NCBI GenBank assembly: GCA_963422735.1
Contig: OY730476.1
Span: forward strand, 3,968,001 to 4,032,000
Direction: 5' to 3'
DNA: 64,000 nucleotides
Source: Candidatus Latescibacterota bacterium
Lineage (GTDB): Bacteria; Latescibacterota; UBA2968; UBA8231
A model generated the notes under the pieces. That model was not told where the DNA came from. It saw nothing but the letters and a program-made list of their open reading frames with translations, and did not search any database. Within the stretch, counting starts at the first letter, position 1. Each line of letters begins with the position of its first letter. Both the position numbers and the translations under genes were made by a program. Below are positions 50,855-60,506 of the stretch, piece by piece.

Positions 50855-53410
50855 TTAAGTGGGAAATTCCTCGTAGTAGCGGTCAAAGGCCGCAGGTGTA
50901 CCGCAGATGTAGAGCGCGTCGTCGGGCGCGAGCATCAACGAGGCCGGGATGTCCATGATCACGTCGCCGGCCCGCTCGACAGCCACCACCGAGCAGCCCG
51001 TGCGCTCGCGGATGCGCGCTGCGAGTGGGTGGCGTCCGGCGAGGGAGCCGGGCCTGAGTTTGACCATCTTGATCCGGGGCTTGTGCGAAACCGTCTCCCC
51101 GAGGACGTGATGGACCAGCAACTGGCCGGCGACTTGGCTGACCGAGAGCGCAAAATCAGCACCGGCGCGCTGCACCCGGTCTGCGTTTTCAACGTGGGAC
51201 ACGCAGGCCAATAGGGGAATTTCCGGGACGTGATCGCGGACCACTGCCGCGGCGAACAGAGCGGCCCCGTCGCTGTCGAGGGCGAGGATGACGACCCGTG
51301 CCTGTGCAATGGCAGCGCGGTCGAGGACGCGCACGTCGAGCACATCGCCAGCCACATCGACTCCAGTGCTTTCAACCGCATCAACCACCCGCACCTCTTC
51401 GCCCGCAGCGCGGAGGATCTCGACCAGCTTCTGCCCGACATCGGCAAAGCCAATCACCACAATCGGCCCTTGCTGAGTAATCGGCCGGGCCATGTCGTTT
51501 AACTTGTGAATGCTCTCGGGCGTACCGACTGCCACCAGAATGGCTCCGGGCCGCAGCTTTTCCGCGGCGGCTGGTGGCAAGCCGAGTGCGTCTTCCGCCC
51601 ACTGCCCGACGATGTGGGCACCGGTCCGGGTGTAGAGCTCGGTCTCGGCTAAGGTGCGGTTGGCGAGCGGGCTTTGATCGTGAACGCGCAGCTCGGCCAC
51701 TTCGAGGAGCGAGTCGAGTGGCTCTACGCCCGCCACCCGAGGCCCGATCTTCGCACTGGCGCGGACGGCGATCGCCGCAGCGAGGACGTGATTGGGAGTA
51801 AAGGCTGCGGTCGCGCCCGCCAGCAGCATGGGGCCGCGGCGCTGGGGGTGCTCGGTCATCGCCACAATGGGACCGGCGAAACCCTGCTCGCGGGCACTGA
51901 GCGCGAACAGGGCGTTGTCGTCGTCTGGGCCGTTGGCCACCAGTGCCTTCGCCTTGGTCAACGGCCGCAGGTCCAGCGTCTCCGCCGCTAGATTTGCCTG
52001 CACGACCTGCACATCGGCCCTTGTCTGGAGCTGCCGCGCTGTCGCCTCGTCCTCTTCGATTACCACCAGCGGCAGGTACCGGCTGGAAAGCTCTTCTATT
52101 AAAGTTTCGACTTCTGGCCCGTATCTATAGATGACCACGGCGTTCTCTACTGTGGGTAGGGCGCGTTCGGCTAGGTTCTCGTCGACGAGTGGAGTACTGA
52201 ACTTGTCGATCTGGAACACCCCGAGGTGAGTGTCCCCTCCATGCGCCACTCGGCCTTCTAAGAGGACTGAGCAGCCCTTGAGTGCCAGCGGCGTGAAGAG
52301 ATTCAACAAGAATGCGGTGAAGATCAAAATGGTAAAGGTCGCCTGATCGATCGCTCCTTGAGCCAAGGCCAGCGATGCCAAAATAAACGCCATCTCGGCG
52401 CGACCGCACATGCCCACGCCCACCGTCAGCGCTTCCCGCCAGGGCATGCCAATGTTCAGTGCCATGCTGCCGGCACTAAGCACCTGCCCGGCGATGACCG
52501 TCACTGCCAAAAGCGCGATGAACGCCACGCCCGACGCGCTAATGTCAAACGAAATGGAAAATCCCAGCGAGATGAAGAAGATCGGCCCAAGGAACGAATA
52601 GGCGATGCCATAGGCGCGGTCGTTTACCACCTTGACTAGGTTGGGGTGGGCGACGCGCTCTTCGAAGAAAAGACCCGCCAAGTAGGCACCCAAGATCATG
52701 TGCAGCCCAATGGCCTCGGCAAAAAGGCCGGCGGCAATGGCGGTGAGCAGCACAAAGGTGAAGCCCTTGCCGCCCTCGGCGCGGAAGGGCAGAGTGAGGC
52801 GGGGATAGACAAGGGTGCCCAAAAGTAGCGCAACCGCGAAGAAACCCACCACCTTGCCCAAGTTGATTGCTAGGTCCAAGGGGGCAAAGGTGCCGCCGGA
52901 GAGTACGCCGGTCACCAGACTAAAAAAGATCAAGGTCAAAAGGTCGTTGATGACGCAGCTAGCGACGATGATCCGCGCAATGCGGGTATCGGTCAACCCC
53001 AAGTCCTTGAGACTTTTGAGGGTAATTACGACTGCGGTAGCGGTTCCAATGATCAGCCCCACGAAGATAGAGGCGGCAATATCCAACCCGAAGAATTGGG
53101 CGACAGCAAAGCTGACGGCAAAGGGCACTGCGGCCCCTGCAATCGCCACGCCCAGCGAGCGTTTGAGCGCGTCGAAAAACTCGTTGGGTTGGGTCTCTAC
53201 GCCGGCGTGGAACATCAGAAAGAAAATGCCGATCTCGGCCAACAACTGGATGGCTTCGTCCGGCTCAATCCAACCGAAAACCGCTGGTCCCACGAGCACC
53301 CCGACGATCAGTTCGCCCATCACCGTCGGCAGGCCCAGCGGGCGCAAGGTCACCGCTACTAGCCAGATCCCGGCGAGCAGGATGAGTAAATCGAATGCTA
53401 TATCGTACAT
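50855..53410 (-). CDS. CPA2 cation:proton antiporter fused to tandem RCK (TrkA-N/TrkA-C) domains
   Basis: GELIVGVLVGP, LGAYLAG, PIFFISLG, GRAE; two TrkA-N/TrkA-C pairs. Confidence 0.9.
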   Translation of the reverse strand: MYDIAFDLLILLAGIWLVAVTLRPLGLPTVMGELIVGVLVGPAVFGWIEPDEAIQLLAEIGIFFLMFHAGVETQPNEFFDALKRSLGVAIAGAAVPFAVSFAVAQFFGLDIAASIFVGLIIGTATAVVITLKSLKDLGLTDTRIARIIVASCVINDLLTLIFFSLVTGVLSGGTFAPLDLAINLGKVVGFFAVALLLGTLVYPRLTLPFRAEGGKGFTFVLLTAIAAGLFAEAIGLHMILGAYLAGLFFEERVAHPNLVKVVNDRAYGIAYSFLGPIFFISLGFSISFDISASGVAFIALLAVTVIAGQVLSAGSMALNIGMPWREALTVGVGMCGRAEMAFILASLALAQGAIDQATFTILIFTAFLLNLFTPLALKGCSVLLEGRVAHGGDTHLGVFQIDKFSTPLVDENLAERALPTVENAVVIYRYGPEVETLIEELSSRYLPLVVIEEDEATARQLQTRADVQVVQANLAAETLDLRPLTKAKALVANGPDDDNALFALSAREQGFAGPIVAMTEHPQRRGPMLLAGATAAFTPNHVLAAAIAVRASAKIGPRVAGVEPLDSLLEVAELRVHDQSPLANRTLAETELYTRTGAHIVGQWAEDALGLPPAAAEKLRPGAILVAVGTPESIHKLNDMARPITQQGPIVVIGFADVGQKLVEILRAAGEEVRVVDAVESTGVDVAGDVLDVRVLDRAAIAQARVVILALDSDGAALFAAAVVRDHVPEIPLLACVSHVENADRVQRAGADFALSVSQVAGQLLVHHVLGETVSHKPRIKMVKLRPGSLAGRHPLAARIRERTGCSVVAVERAGDVIMDIPASLMLAPDDALYICGTPAAFDRYYEEFPT

Positions 53411-53462
53411 GAGCGGAGCCTCTCGTGTTGGTTGCCTTATCTAAGTGATGGTACGCAGCCTT

Positions 53463-53682
53463 TGTCATGCCCCTGCTTAAAGATACAGGGGCAGGCTCTG
53501 CGAAAGCAGGCATCCAGAGTACCCCTCGGCGGCTCAACGACTCGACGGAGCCCGCTGAAGCCCGCCCCCGTGCAGACGGGGGTCCGCAGCGTATGCAAGG
53601 CTGGATTCCTGCTTTGGCGGGAATGACAATGAGGAGCGGCAGGAAGCCGGAGAGCCTGCCCCCGCGTAGGCGGGGGATAACG
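53463..53682. repeat. Mosaic cluster of REP-like palindromes
   Basis: GTCATGCC...TGCGAAAGCAGGCATCCAG and the inverted CTGGATTCCTGCTTTGGCGGGAATGAC, plus CCCCCGTGCAGACGGGGG and CCCCCGCGTAGGCGGGGG hairpins. Confidence 0.75.
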
Positions 53683-53791
53683 AATGCGTAACATCGCGTA
53701 TCTAACTTAAAAAAAGGATACTGCGGCGGGCAAAATTGCGCTTGGTAATTGTACATGTTCGTGTGTTAATTGAAGTGGCGGTTTCTTAAAC

Positions 53792-55591
53792 GTGAATCAA
53801 AACGCTCCCAACATCCACTCCCGCGAAGTGCGCCAAGCCCTTATGTGGTTCGCCGGCGTCCTGTGGCGCGGCGCGCCTTGGGCCATGGCCGCCAGCGTCT
53901 GCGGGCAATTTCTGCCGGCCTTTTTGCCAGCAGCGAGAATCCTAGTCATCAAAGAGCTAGTCGATAGTGTCCACGCGGTGTACGGCCAAGGGCCGGCCGG
54001 GTTTGCGCTAGTCGCGCCGCTGCTGGTCTGGTTGGCTGGACTGCGGTTGTTGGAGGCGATGCTTTCGGCGGTACGGGGACACGCGGCGGCCGTGGTGCGG
54101 GAGAAGACGAGTTGGAAGTTGCAGGAGCGGGTGCTTGAGCAGGCGGCGCGGGTGGGGCTGGACGAGTTTGAGTATCGGGAATTTTTCGACCGCATGCAGC
54201 GGGCACTACAGGCGGCGTACTTCCGGGCCTACGGCATCTTCCGGGATGCGATGTCCACGCTCGAAAGCGCGATTGTGCTCTGCACCTTGATCGCGCTCTT
54301 TGCGACCGGGCACTGGTCGATCCCGGTGGTGCTGTTCTTGGGCACGGTCCCGGTCTTCTATACCCAAATGCGGCGAGGCCGCGAAATCTACGCGCTCTTC
54401 CACGAGCAGACGCCCGAGCAGCGCCGCGCCGAGTACTTGGTGGGTCTGATGACCGACCGCGACGCCGCCAAAGAGATCCGGCTCTACGGGTTGGGCGACT
54501 TCCTTGGCCGCACTTGGGAGGCCCTGGCACACACGCTCAGGCGGCAGCGCTTCCGGCTGACGCTGCAACAGCAGCGCTATCTGTTCGGCGGGCGGCTAAG
54601 CGGCATCGGCTCGGCACTGTTGGCGCTGGTCATCCTGCTCTATCAAGCCGCCTATGGTGCCTTGACCTTGGGGGGATTTTTCGCTTTAGCCGAGACCATC
54701 GTGCGCTTTCAGGGGACCCTCTTCCAGATGCTCAGGCAGATGGGCGACGTCTTTGAGCAGGCACTCTATATCCGGGACTTGCGCTCGTTTGTGGAGTCGC
54801 CGACCGAGCAGGGAGCAGGATGGGAAGAGTTCCCCGAGCAGCCGCTGGACATCGCTGTCGAGGGGTTGGAGTTTGCCTACGGCGACGGGCCGCCGGTACT
54901 CAACGGGGTCGAACTGCGGCTCAGGCCCGGGGAGAAGCTGGCGCTGGTGGGTGCCAACGGAGCTGGCAAAACGACCTTGGTCAGGCTGCTTCTGGGACTG
55001 TATCCGCCGGGTGAGGGGCGGGTGCTCTACAATGGAGTAGATGGACGCCGGATTGACCCGGAGGTATTGCGGCGGCGCTGTGCGGCCGTTTTTCAAGACT
55101 TTGTGCAGTATCAGCGCACAGCACGGGAGAATATTGGCTATGGGCAGGCCGAGGAACTGGGCGACCAAGCCCGGGTGGAGCGAGCGGCGCAGGCGGGCGG
55201 GAGTGCGCCGATAGTAGAGTCACTGGCCACGCGCTACGACGCGACCTTGGGGCGTTACTTCGAGGGGGGACAAGACCTATCGCGCGGACAGTGGCAGAAG
55301 CTGGCGCTGTCGCGTGCCTATTTCCGCGACGCACAGCTTCTGGTCTTCGACGAGCCGACGGCGGCGCTGGATCCGCGGGCCGAGTTGGAGGTCTTTCGCC
55401 AGTTTCGCGCTTTGAGCGAGGGCAAGTCGGCCGTTTTCGTCTCGCACCGCATGGCCTCGGCCCGGGTGGCCGACCGCATCCTAGTCTTGGATAGGGGCCG
55501 GGTATTGGAAGAGGGGACTCACGATGAGCTGATGGCACGCGGGGGCGAATACGCGCGGATGTTTGCGCTGCAAGCGCAGGGGTACCAATGA
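53792..55591 (+). CDS. ABC exporter, fused permease/ATPase
   Basis: TM domain; GANGAGKT, FQDF, LSRGQWQK, FDEPT, SHR. Confidence 0.94.
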   Translation: MNQNAPNIHSREVRQALMWFAGVLWRGAPWAMAASVCGQFLPAFLPAARILVIKELVDSVHAVYGQGPAGFALVAPLLVWLAGLRLLEAMLSAVRGHAAAVVREKTSWKLQERVLEQAARVGLDEFEYREFFDRMQRALQAAYFRAYGIFRDAMSTLESAIVLCTLIALFATGHWSIPVVLFLGTVPVFYTQMRRGREIYALFHEQTPEQRRAEYLVGLMTDRDAAKEIRLYGLGDFLGRTWEALAHTLRRQRFRLTLQQQRYLFGGRLSGIGSALLALVILLYQAAYGALTLGGFFALAETIVRFQGTLFQMLRQMGDVFEQALYIRDLRSFVESPTEQGAGWEEFPEQPLDIAVEGLEFAYGDGPPVLNGVELRLRPGEKLALVGANGAGKTTLVRLLLGLYPPGEGRVLYNGVDGRRIDPEVLRRRCAAVFQDFVQYQRTARENIGYGQAEELGDQARVERAAQAGGSAPIVESLATRYDATLGRYFEGGQDLSRGQWQKLALSRAYFRDAQLLVFDEPTAALDPRAELEVFRQFRALSEGKSAVFVSHRMASARVADRILVLDRGRVLEEGTHDELMARGGEYARMFALQAQGYQ

Positions 55592-57351
55592 GTCTCTTGC
55601 CTAGGATGCTTAAAGAGGTGCTACAAGTCCATCCCTTGGGGGTGGGTGGGTTGGCGGCGCTGGCGCTGGTTGGCTCCCTGCTGCCAGCGGTAGAATTGTG
55701 GCTGACCGGGCGGATCGTCGATGAGCTGGCTGCGGTATTGGGCGAGGGACGAGCGGCTTTTTTGCAGGTCCTGCCCTATGTCGGCGGCTTTTTCGGTACG
55801 CTCTTTGCCTATATGCTGCTAGATATGGCGCGGGCGATCTTACAAGTCGATGTGCAAGAAAAAATCGGCGTGCGGATGCAGCGCCGAGTCATCGACAAGG
55901 TGCAAAAAGTCGAGCTGGCCAGCTTTGAGCATCCCGCGTTCTACGATGCGCTCAAGCGGGCCAACGAGGATCTGAGTGGTCGGCTCCTGAGCCTGATCAA
56001 TGTGGTGCTGGACGTCATCGGCTCACTCGGGGGACTGGGCGCGATTGTGGGGGTGATGCTAACTGGGCACTGGGCGCTGGGACCAATGGTGGTGATCGGT
56101 TCGGTGCCGGGGGTGTGGGTGATGATGCGGATGAGCAAAAAGACGCACTACGTCTATCGCGAACGCACGCCGCAGTACCGCGAAACAGCCTATTTCCGCG
56201 AGCTGATGACCGAGCGCGAACAGGCGATGGAGGTGCGGCTGTTCACCCTGCGCGACCATCTGCTCGACACGTGGCGCGAGAAAGTGGTTGCCCTCGCAAA
56301 AGAGCGACGCGGGCTAGAGACCAAACAGGCATGGCTCGGCGGGCTGACCTCCAGCATTGACGGCTGGGCCTACGTGGGTTGCCTGACGATCTTGGCCTCG
56401 ATGGTGGCCGGGGCGCAATTGACGATTGGCCAGTACGGGATGCTGACACGGGCGGTACAGCAGTTTACTTGGCGGCTCGAAGGGATCATGCGCTCGCTGA
56501 GCACGCTGCACGAGGAGTCCCTTTACTTGGGGGATCTCTATGAGTTTTTCAGCTTGGTGGCCCCGGAGGAATCCGCAGGGCCGACAGACGCGAGCGGGAC
56601 GCTAGCAAGGGAACATTTGCCGCTGCGCTTTGAGAAGGTGTCCTTCCACTATCCGGGCGGTGAAGAGGTACTCGAAGATATCGACTTGGAAATTCGCCCG
56701 GGCGAGCGGGTCGCGCTAGTGGGCGAAAACGGGGCTGGCAAGACGACCTTGGTCAAGCTGATGATGGGGCTTTACCAGCCGACAAGCGGACAAATTCTGC
56801 TCGGCGACAAGCCGCTACAGGATTGGCCGCTGGAGCGGGTCCGGCGGCTTTTTGCGGCCGTCTTCCAAGACTTCGTGCGCTTCCAGTTTTCGGTGCGCGA
56901 CAATATCGCCTTCGGTGCGTTGGGCGAGCAGGCGGCCGTCGAGCAGGCGGCCGAGTGGGCGGGGGCGGCCGAGTTTATAGCCGAACTACCCGACCAGTAC
57001 CGGACCCTGTTGGGCAAGGAGCTGGGGGGCGCGGATCTATCGATCGGGCAGTGGCAGAAGCTGGCGACAGCTAGGGCACTGGTGAGGACGGCCGAGTTCG
57101 TGGTGCTGGACGAGCCGACAGCGGCGCTGGACCCCAAAGCCGAAGCAGAAGTCTATCGACACTTTGGGGAGATGACCAGAGGCAAAGCCTCGGTGTTGAT
57201 TTCGCACCGGCTAGGTGCAGCGAGGATCGCCGACCGAATCTTGGTACTCAAAGGAGGGCAACTCATCGAGCAAGGGACGCACGAGGCATTGATGCGGAAA
57301 GGCGGAGAGTACAGCCGCTTGTTCAGCCTACAAGCTCAATGGTACGAATAA
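55588..57351 (+). CDS. ABC exporter, fused permease/ATPase (probable heterodimer partner)
   Basis: ATGA overlap; GENGAGKT, LSIGQWQK, LDEPT, SHR. Confidence 0.94.
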   Translation: MSLLPRMLKEVLQVHPLGVGGLAALALVGSLLPAVELWLTGRIVDELAAVLGEGRAAFLQVLPYVGGFFGTLFAYMLLDMARAILQVDVQEKIGVRMQRRVIDKVQKVELASFEHPAFYDALKRANEDLSGRLLSLINVVLDVIGSLGGLGAIVGVMLTGHWALGPMVVIGSVPGVWVMMRMSKKTHYVYRERTPQYRETAYFRELMTEREQAMEVRLFTLRDHLLDTWREKVVALAKERRGLETKQAWLGGLTSSIDGWAYVGCLTILASMVAGAQLTIGQYGMLTRAVQQFTWRLEGIMRSLSTLHEESLYLGDLYEFFSLVAPEESAGPTDASGTLAREHLPLRFEKVSFHYPGGEEVLEDIDLEIRPGERVALVGENGAGKTTLVKLMMGLYQPTSGQILLGDKPLQDWPLERVRRLFAAVFQDFVRFQFSVRDNIAFGALGEQAAVEQAAEWAGAAEFIAELPDQYRTLLGKELGGADLSIGQWQKLATARALVRTAEFVVLDEPTAALDPKAEAEVYRHFGEMTRGKASVLISHRLGAARIADRILVLKGGQLIEQGTHEALMRKGGEYSRLFSLQAQWYE

Positions 57352-57353
57352 AA

Positions 57354-57623
57354 CTAGCGCCGTCGGCCTCTCCGGGGCTTGCCGCGCGGGCGCGCGGAGG
57401 GGCGTGCGGCCATTTCCGCGACTACCATGTCAAAGCCCTTGAGATGTTGCCCGTTGAGCATGTCGATAGCCTCGCGGGCCGCGGCCTTGCTGGGCATGTC
57501 GATTTGGCCCCAGCGGCGGCGCGGGTCGATAGTTACAGCGGCGACAGCCCCGAACAACTCGAACAGTGTGCGGAGGTCGTCCTCGGTGGTGCCAGCAGAT
57601 AGATTATCAACGCGAATCTTCAT
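57354..57623 (-). CDS. RRM RNA-binding protein
   Basis: KIRVDNLS...LRTLFELFG...AIDMLNG; GGAG RBS; basic tail. Confidence 0.88.
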   Translation of the reverse strand: MKIRVDNLSAGTTEDDLRTLFELFGAVAAVTIDPRRRWGQIDMPSKAAAREAIDMLNGQHLKGFDMVVAEMAARPSARPRGKPRRGRRR

Positions 57624-57692
57624 TCAAACTCCAAAAATAAAAGGGAGTGATGCAGTGTACATCACCCCCTTTTGCGCTATATAAGGCCGGGC

Positions 57693-57902
57693 CTAAAGTG
57701 GTACGACGCTCTCAGCCGCCGGGCCTTTCTTGCCCTGAACGACTTCAAACTCCACCGGCTGCCCGTCGGACAAGGTGCGAAAACCCTCGGCCCGGATCGC
57801 GCTGTGATGGACGAAAACATCTTCGCCGCTCTCACGCTCGATAAATCCGAAGCCCTTCGCGTCGTTGAACCACTTTACGGTTCCCTTCTCGCGATCTGCC
57901 AT
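57693..57902 (-). CDS. Cold-shock protein (CspA family)
   Basis: [29 protein letters not shown]; ATG 57902 after AAAGGA. Confidence 0.97.
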   Translation of the reverse strand: MADREKGTVKWFNDAKGFGFIERESGEDVFVHHSAIRAEGFRTLSDGQPVEFEVVQGKKGPAAESVVPL

Positions 57903-57955
57903 GGGTAAAATCCTTTGCAATGTGCGGTTAGAGCAGGACGTGCGAATAACTTTGA

Positions 57956-58021
57956 GTAGGAATCTACTGCTTCAGGCTTTTCGGTAGGAAAACTACATCA
58001 GGCCCGGGGGTAGGAATCTAC
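57956..58021. repeat. Three spaced GTAG-N4/5-CTAC mini-hairpin repeats upstream of csp
   Basis: GTAGGAATCTAC 57956-67, GTAGGAAAACTAC 57984-96, GTAGGAATCTAC 58010-21. Confidence 0.85.
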
Positions 58022-58303
58022 GCGGATCCGAACGACTGCCAACATGGTCCATGAACGCCCCTACAACTATTGCAGAGACAAGCGATGGGCTAAATATAGT
58101 CAATCTCAGCCGCAGCACAAGAAGCTAATTCGCCTGCCGCCGGGCCGTCCAACCTGCCCAGACCCAGACCTTCCCCTCCACTCCCTAGTTTGGAGTTGGC
58201 ACTGCGGCCTCTATATTAAAGGAATTTACAACCGGATAGACGGCCTCAATCCCGTTTATCCGGTCCATCCACGTCGCACAAATGGAAAGGAAACAGACGG
58301 CTA

Positions 58304-58996
58304 ATGAGCGCAACCGGACCGGGGTTTGCCGCCGAAGACCTAAGCCTCTTCGCGCGGATACAGCGCGTGTTTTACGCGCCGCGGACGGCTTTTGCCGCAG
58401 TGCGCTTCCAAGAGAGCGCACGCGACTGGTTGGTACCGGCGCTCTTGGTTTGTGCGGTGGGGCTTGGTGCCCATCACCTGACCGTACAGCAGCAGCTAGA
58501 GAGCTTGAACGAGGTCGAGCGGCAGCGCGTAGAGGCGTTCCAAGCGCATAGCTGGATGGCGATCCCGGTGGGGCTTTTTGCTTCTTTAGTCGTGGTCGGG
58601 GGCGTACTTTTAGCACTGGCGCGTTCCGTTTCCCAAGCCGAAGTCAGCTACCGGCAAATGCTGATAGTCAAAGCGTATGCGGCGTTGGTGGTGGCCGTCG
58701 AGTGGGCAGTGCGGGCGGTGCTGGTGCTGGCGACGGGCGACATCGGGGCGCATCTGGGGTTGGGTCTCTTGCTGTCCGATGCGGCCGCAGCCACGTTTGG
58801 CGGCCGCATCCTTACGGCCCTCAATCCCTTTGACCTGTGGCAGATTGGGATCATGGGCGTTGGCTTGAACGCGCTGGCCGACGCGCCCGTGCGCAAGGCG
58901 ACCCTCTCGCTTGGGCTTCTGTGGCTGTTCTGGTTAATCGGCGGGGTCGTCCTCGAGACCATCGGCCAAAGCGCGCTCCCACCACCTCCCAAATAA
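58304..58996 (+). CDS. Yip1 family membrane protein
   Basis: RVFYAPRTAF, WLVPALL, LNPFDLW; about five TMs. Confidence 0.8.
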   Translation: MSATGPGFAAEDLSLFARIQRVFYAPRTAFAAVRFQESARDWLVPALLVCAVGLGAHHLTVQQQLESLNEVERQRVEAFQAHSWMAIPVGLFASLVVVGGVLLALARSVSQAEVSYRQMLIVKAYAALVVAVEWAVRAVLVLATGDIGAHLGLGLLLSDAAAATFGGRILTALNPFDLWQIGIMGVGLNALADAPVRKATLSLGLLWLFWLIGGVVLETIGQSALPPPPK

Positions 58997-59019
58997 AATC
59001 ACAGCGCCGTCGTCGCTTT

Positions 59020-59899
59020 TACGACCTTCATCTATCCTGCTGCTGTCCGCGGAGATGGAGAAACCTTGCTCAAAGCCTTGTTGCGCCCCAATCCCATCTG
59101 CGCTCCCGTGCTCTCGGCCGCCAAGCACGAAGTGCAGGTCCTCTATACGCAAATCGACCGCGACGCCGGTTTGTGGGGCAGCAGCGGATGAACGAAGGAC
59201 TGTGGGAGAAGGGGTGGCCCAGATGTGCGCCTGACGCACCGACTCGCCATCGTGCGCTCGCCCGAGGGCGAATCCGTTGGCCTTCTACCGAGGAACCAAA
59301 TCCTCTACCAGCAGCCCATGCTGGTCAATCCGCATACGTGGCGCATGCCCGAGCCGATTCTCAAGGGCGAGGGACACATCCAACGCGCCCAAGGATTTCG
59401 CTGGGTCGAACCACATGTCAGTGGAAGTATTACAAGACCTACTCATAGCGGTATTTTTCCCCGAGGAGTTGCCCGCCAAACGGTACTTCGACCTACGACC
59501 CGACGCCTACCGCTTCCTCTATCGCGCCATGTCTATGTTGCCGTGCGAGTGCCCCCACCCCCAATACGACCCAAAAAAATACTGCGACAGCTATGTAAAA
59601 TTCTTCCTGTTCGGCGACAGCAAGGCACCCATGCCCGACTCGGTGCGGATCTTCATGGTCTATGGGTATGTAACGGAAACGCCCATATCGTGGACTTTGA
59701 GCCCAGAGTCGAGTTTTTGCTAACAGCCGTGGTACTAGTAAACGAAAACGGCATTTTGAACGGCGGGGACTACAAGTACGACGCGGTGGGACTGCTGTTT
59801 TTGGCCGAACTAGGCCGGGTCATATACAAATACGAGTTGGAGCGAAAACGAGCGCACCGGCCGGATTTGAGCAAGTGGAAGGTCAACTACGGGCCATGA
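59020..59899 (+). pseudogene. Heavily decayed serine hydrolase (class A beta-lactamase-like, FCB type)
   Basis: Fragments in different frames: HEVQVLYTQIDRD, VRLTHRL, YCDSYVKFF, YGY, NAHIVDF...NENGILNGGDYKY...ELGR; catalytic region apparently deleted; start approximate. Confidence 0.6.
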
Positions 59900-59949
59900 T
59901 CGAGATTAGTTAGAAACTGTTGACAAAATGCACACATTATATAGCGTAC

Positions 59950-60234
59950 ATGATCAGCTTTGAATGGAACACGGAGAAGAACCAACAACTCGCCGAGCAG
60001 CGAGGGATCTCATTCGAACGCGTCGTCTCTGCGATTTAGCATGGCGGTCTGGTGGATGTGCTGGAGCATCCGAACCAAGAGCACTATCCAGGGCAGCTAA
60101 TCTACGCCGTAGCCATCGAGGAGTACATTTACATCGTCCCTTTCGTAACAGAGGCGGACGGTACGCGATTCCTGAAGACGATCATCCCCAGCCGCAAGGC
60201 GACACGAGATTATCAGAGGAGGCGATCATCGTGA
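59950..60234 (+). pseudogene. BrnT-like toxin with an in-frame amber stop
   Basis: MISFEWNTEKNQQLAEQRGISFE; TAG at 60037-39; HPNQEHYPGQ, VPFV, FLKTIIPSRK. Confidence 0.85.
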
Positions 60235-60506
60235 AGGACAACATGAGCGTAGAAGAGCGGGAAATTATCGATGGGTTTGAGCGGGGCGAACTACGCTACG
60301 CTTCTGGAGCTGAACGCGAACTCCAAGCGGCGCGTCAGGCGGCCCGCAATACGTTCAACAAAACCCGGCGAGTGAATCTGCGAATGACAGAACGCGACTT
60401 CAATCTCGCCCACTCTCGGGCGCGGGAAGAGGGGATCCCTTATCAGACCCTACTATCCAGTGTCATCCACAAGTACCTGTCCGGCCGACTAACCGAGAAG
60501 AGCTAG
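60231..60506 (+). CDS. BrnA/CopG-like antitoxin
   Basis: GTGA overlap, GGAGG RBS; RVNLRM...AREEGIPYQTLLSSVIHKY. Confidence 0.88.
   Translation: MKDNMSVEEREIIDGFERGELRYASGAERELQAARQAARNTFNKTRRVNLRMTERDFNLAHSRAREEGIPYQTLLSSVIHKYLSGRLTEKS

Noticed and set aside
57956-58021. Spaced repeats as a mini-CRISPR
   Set aside because: Repeats of 12-13 nt and spacers of 13-16 nt are too short, and there are no cas genes.
59225-59899. Two long overlapping same-strand ORFs as a dual-coding gene
   Set aside because: Recognisable motifs alternate between frames, which indicates one frameshifted pseudogene.
32050-60039. Several in-frame TAG codons (REase, Phd, VapC, BrnT) as evidence of amber recoding
   Set aside because: Many intact genes here end at TAG (nadC, glcB, SDR) and the internal TAGs occur only in toxic or decayed genes; they fit nonsense mutations.
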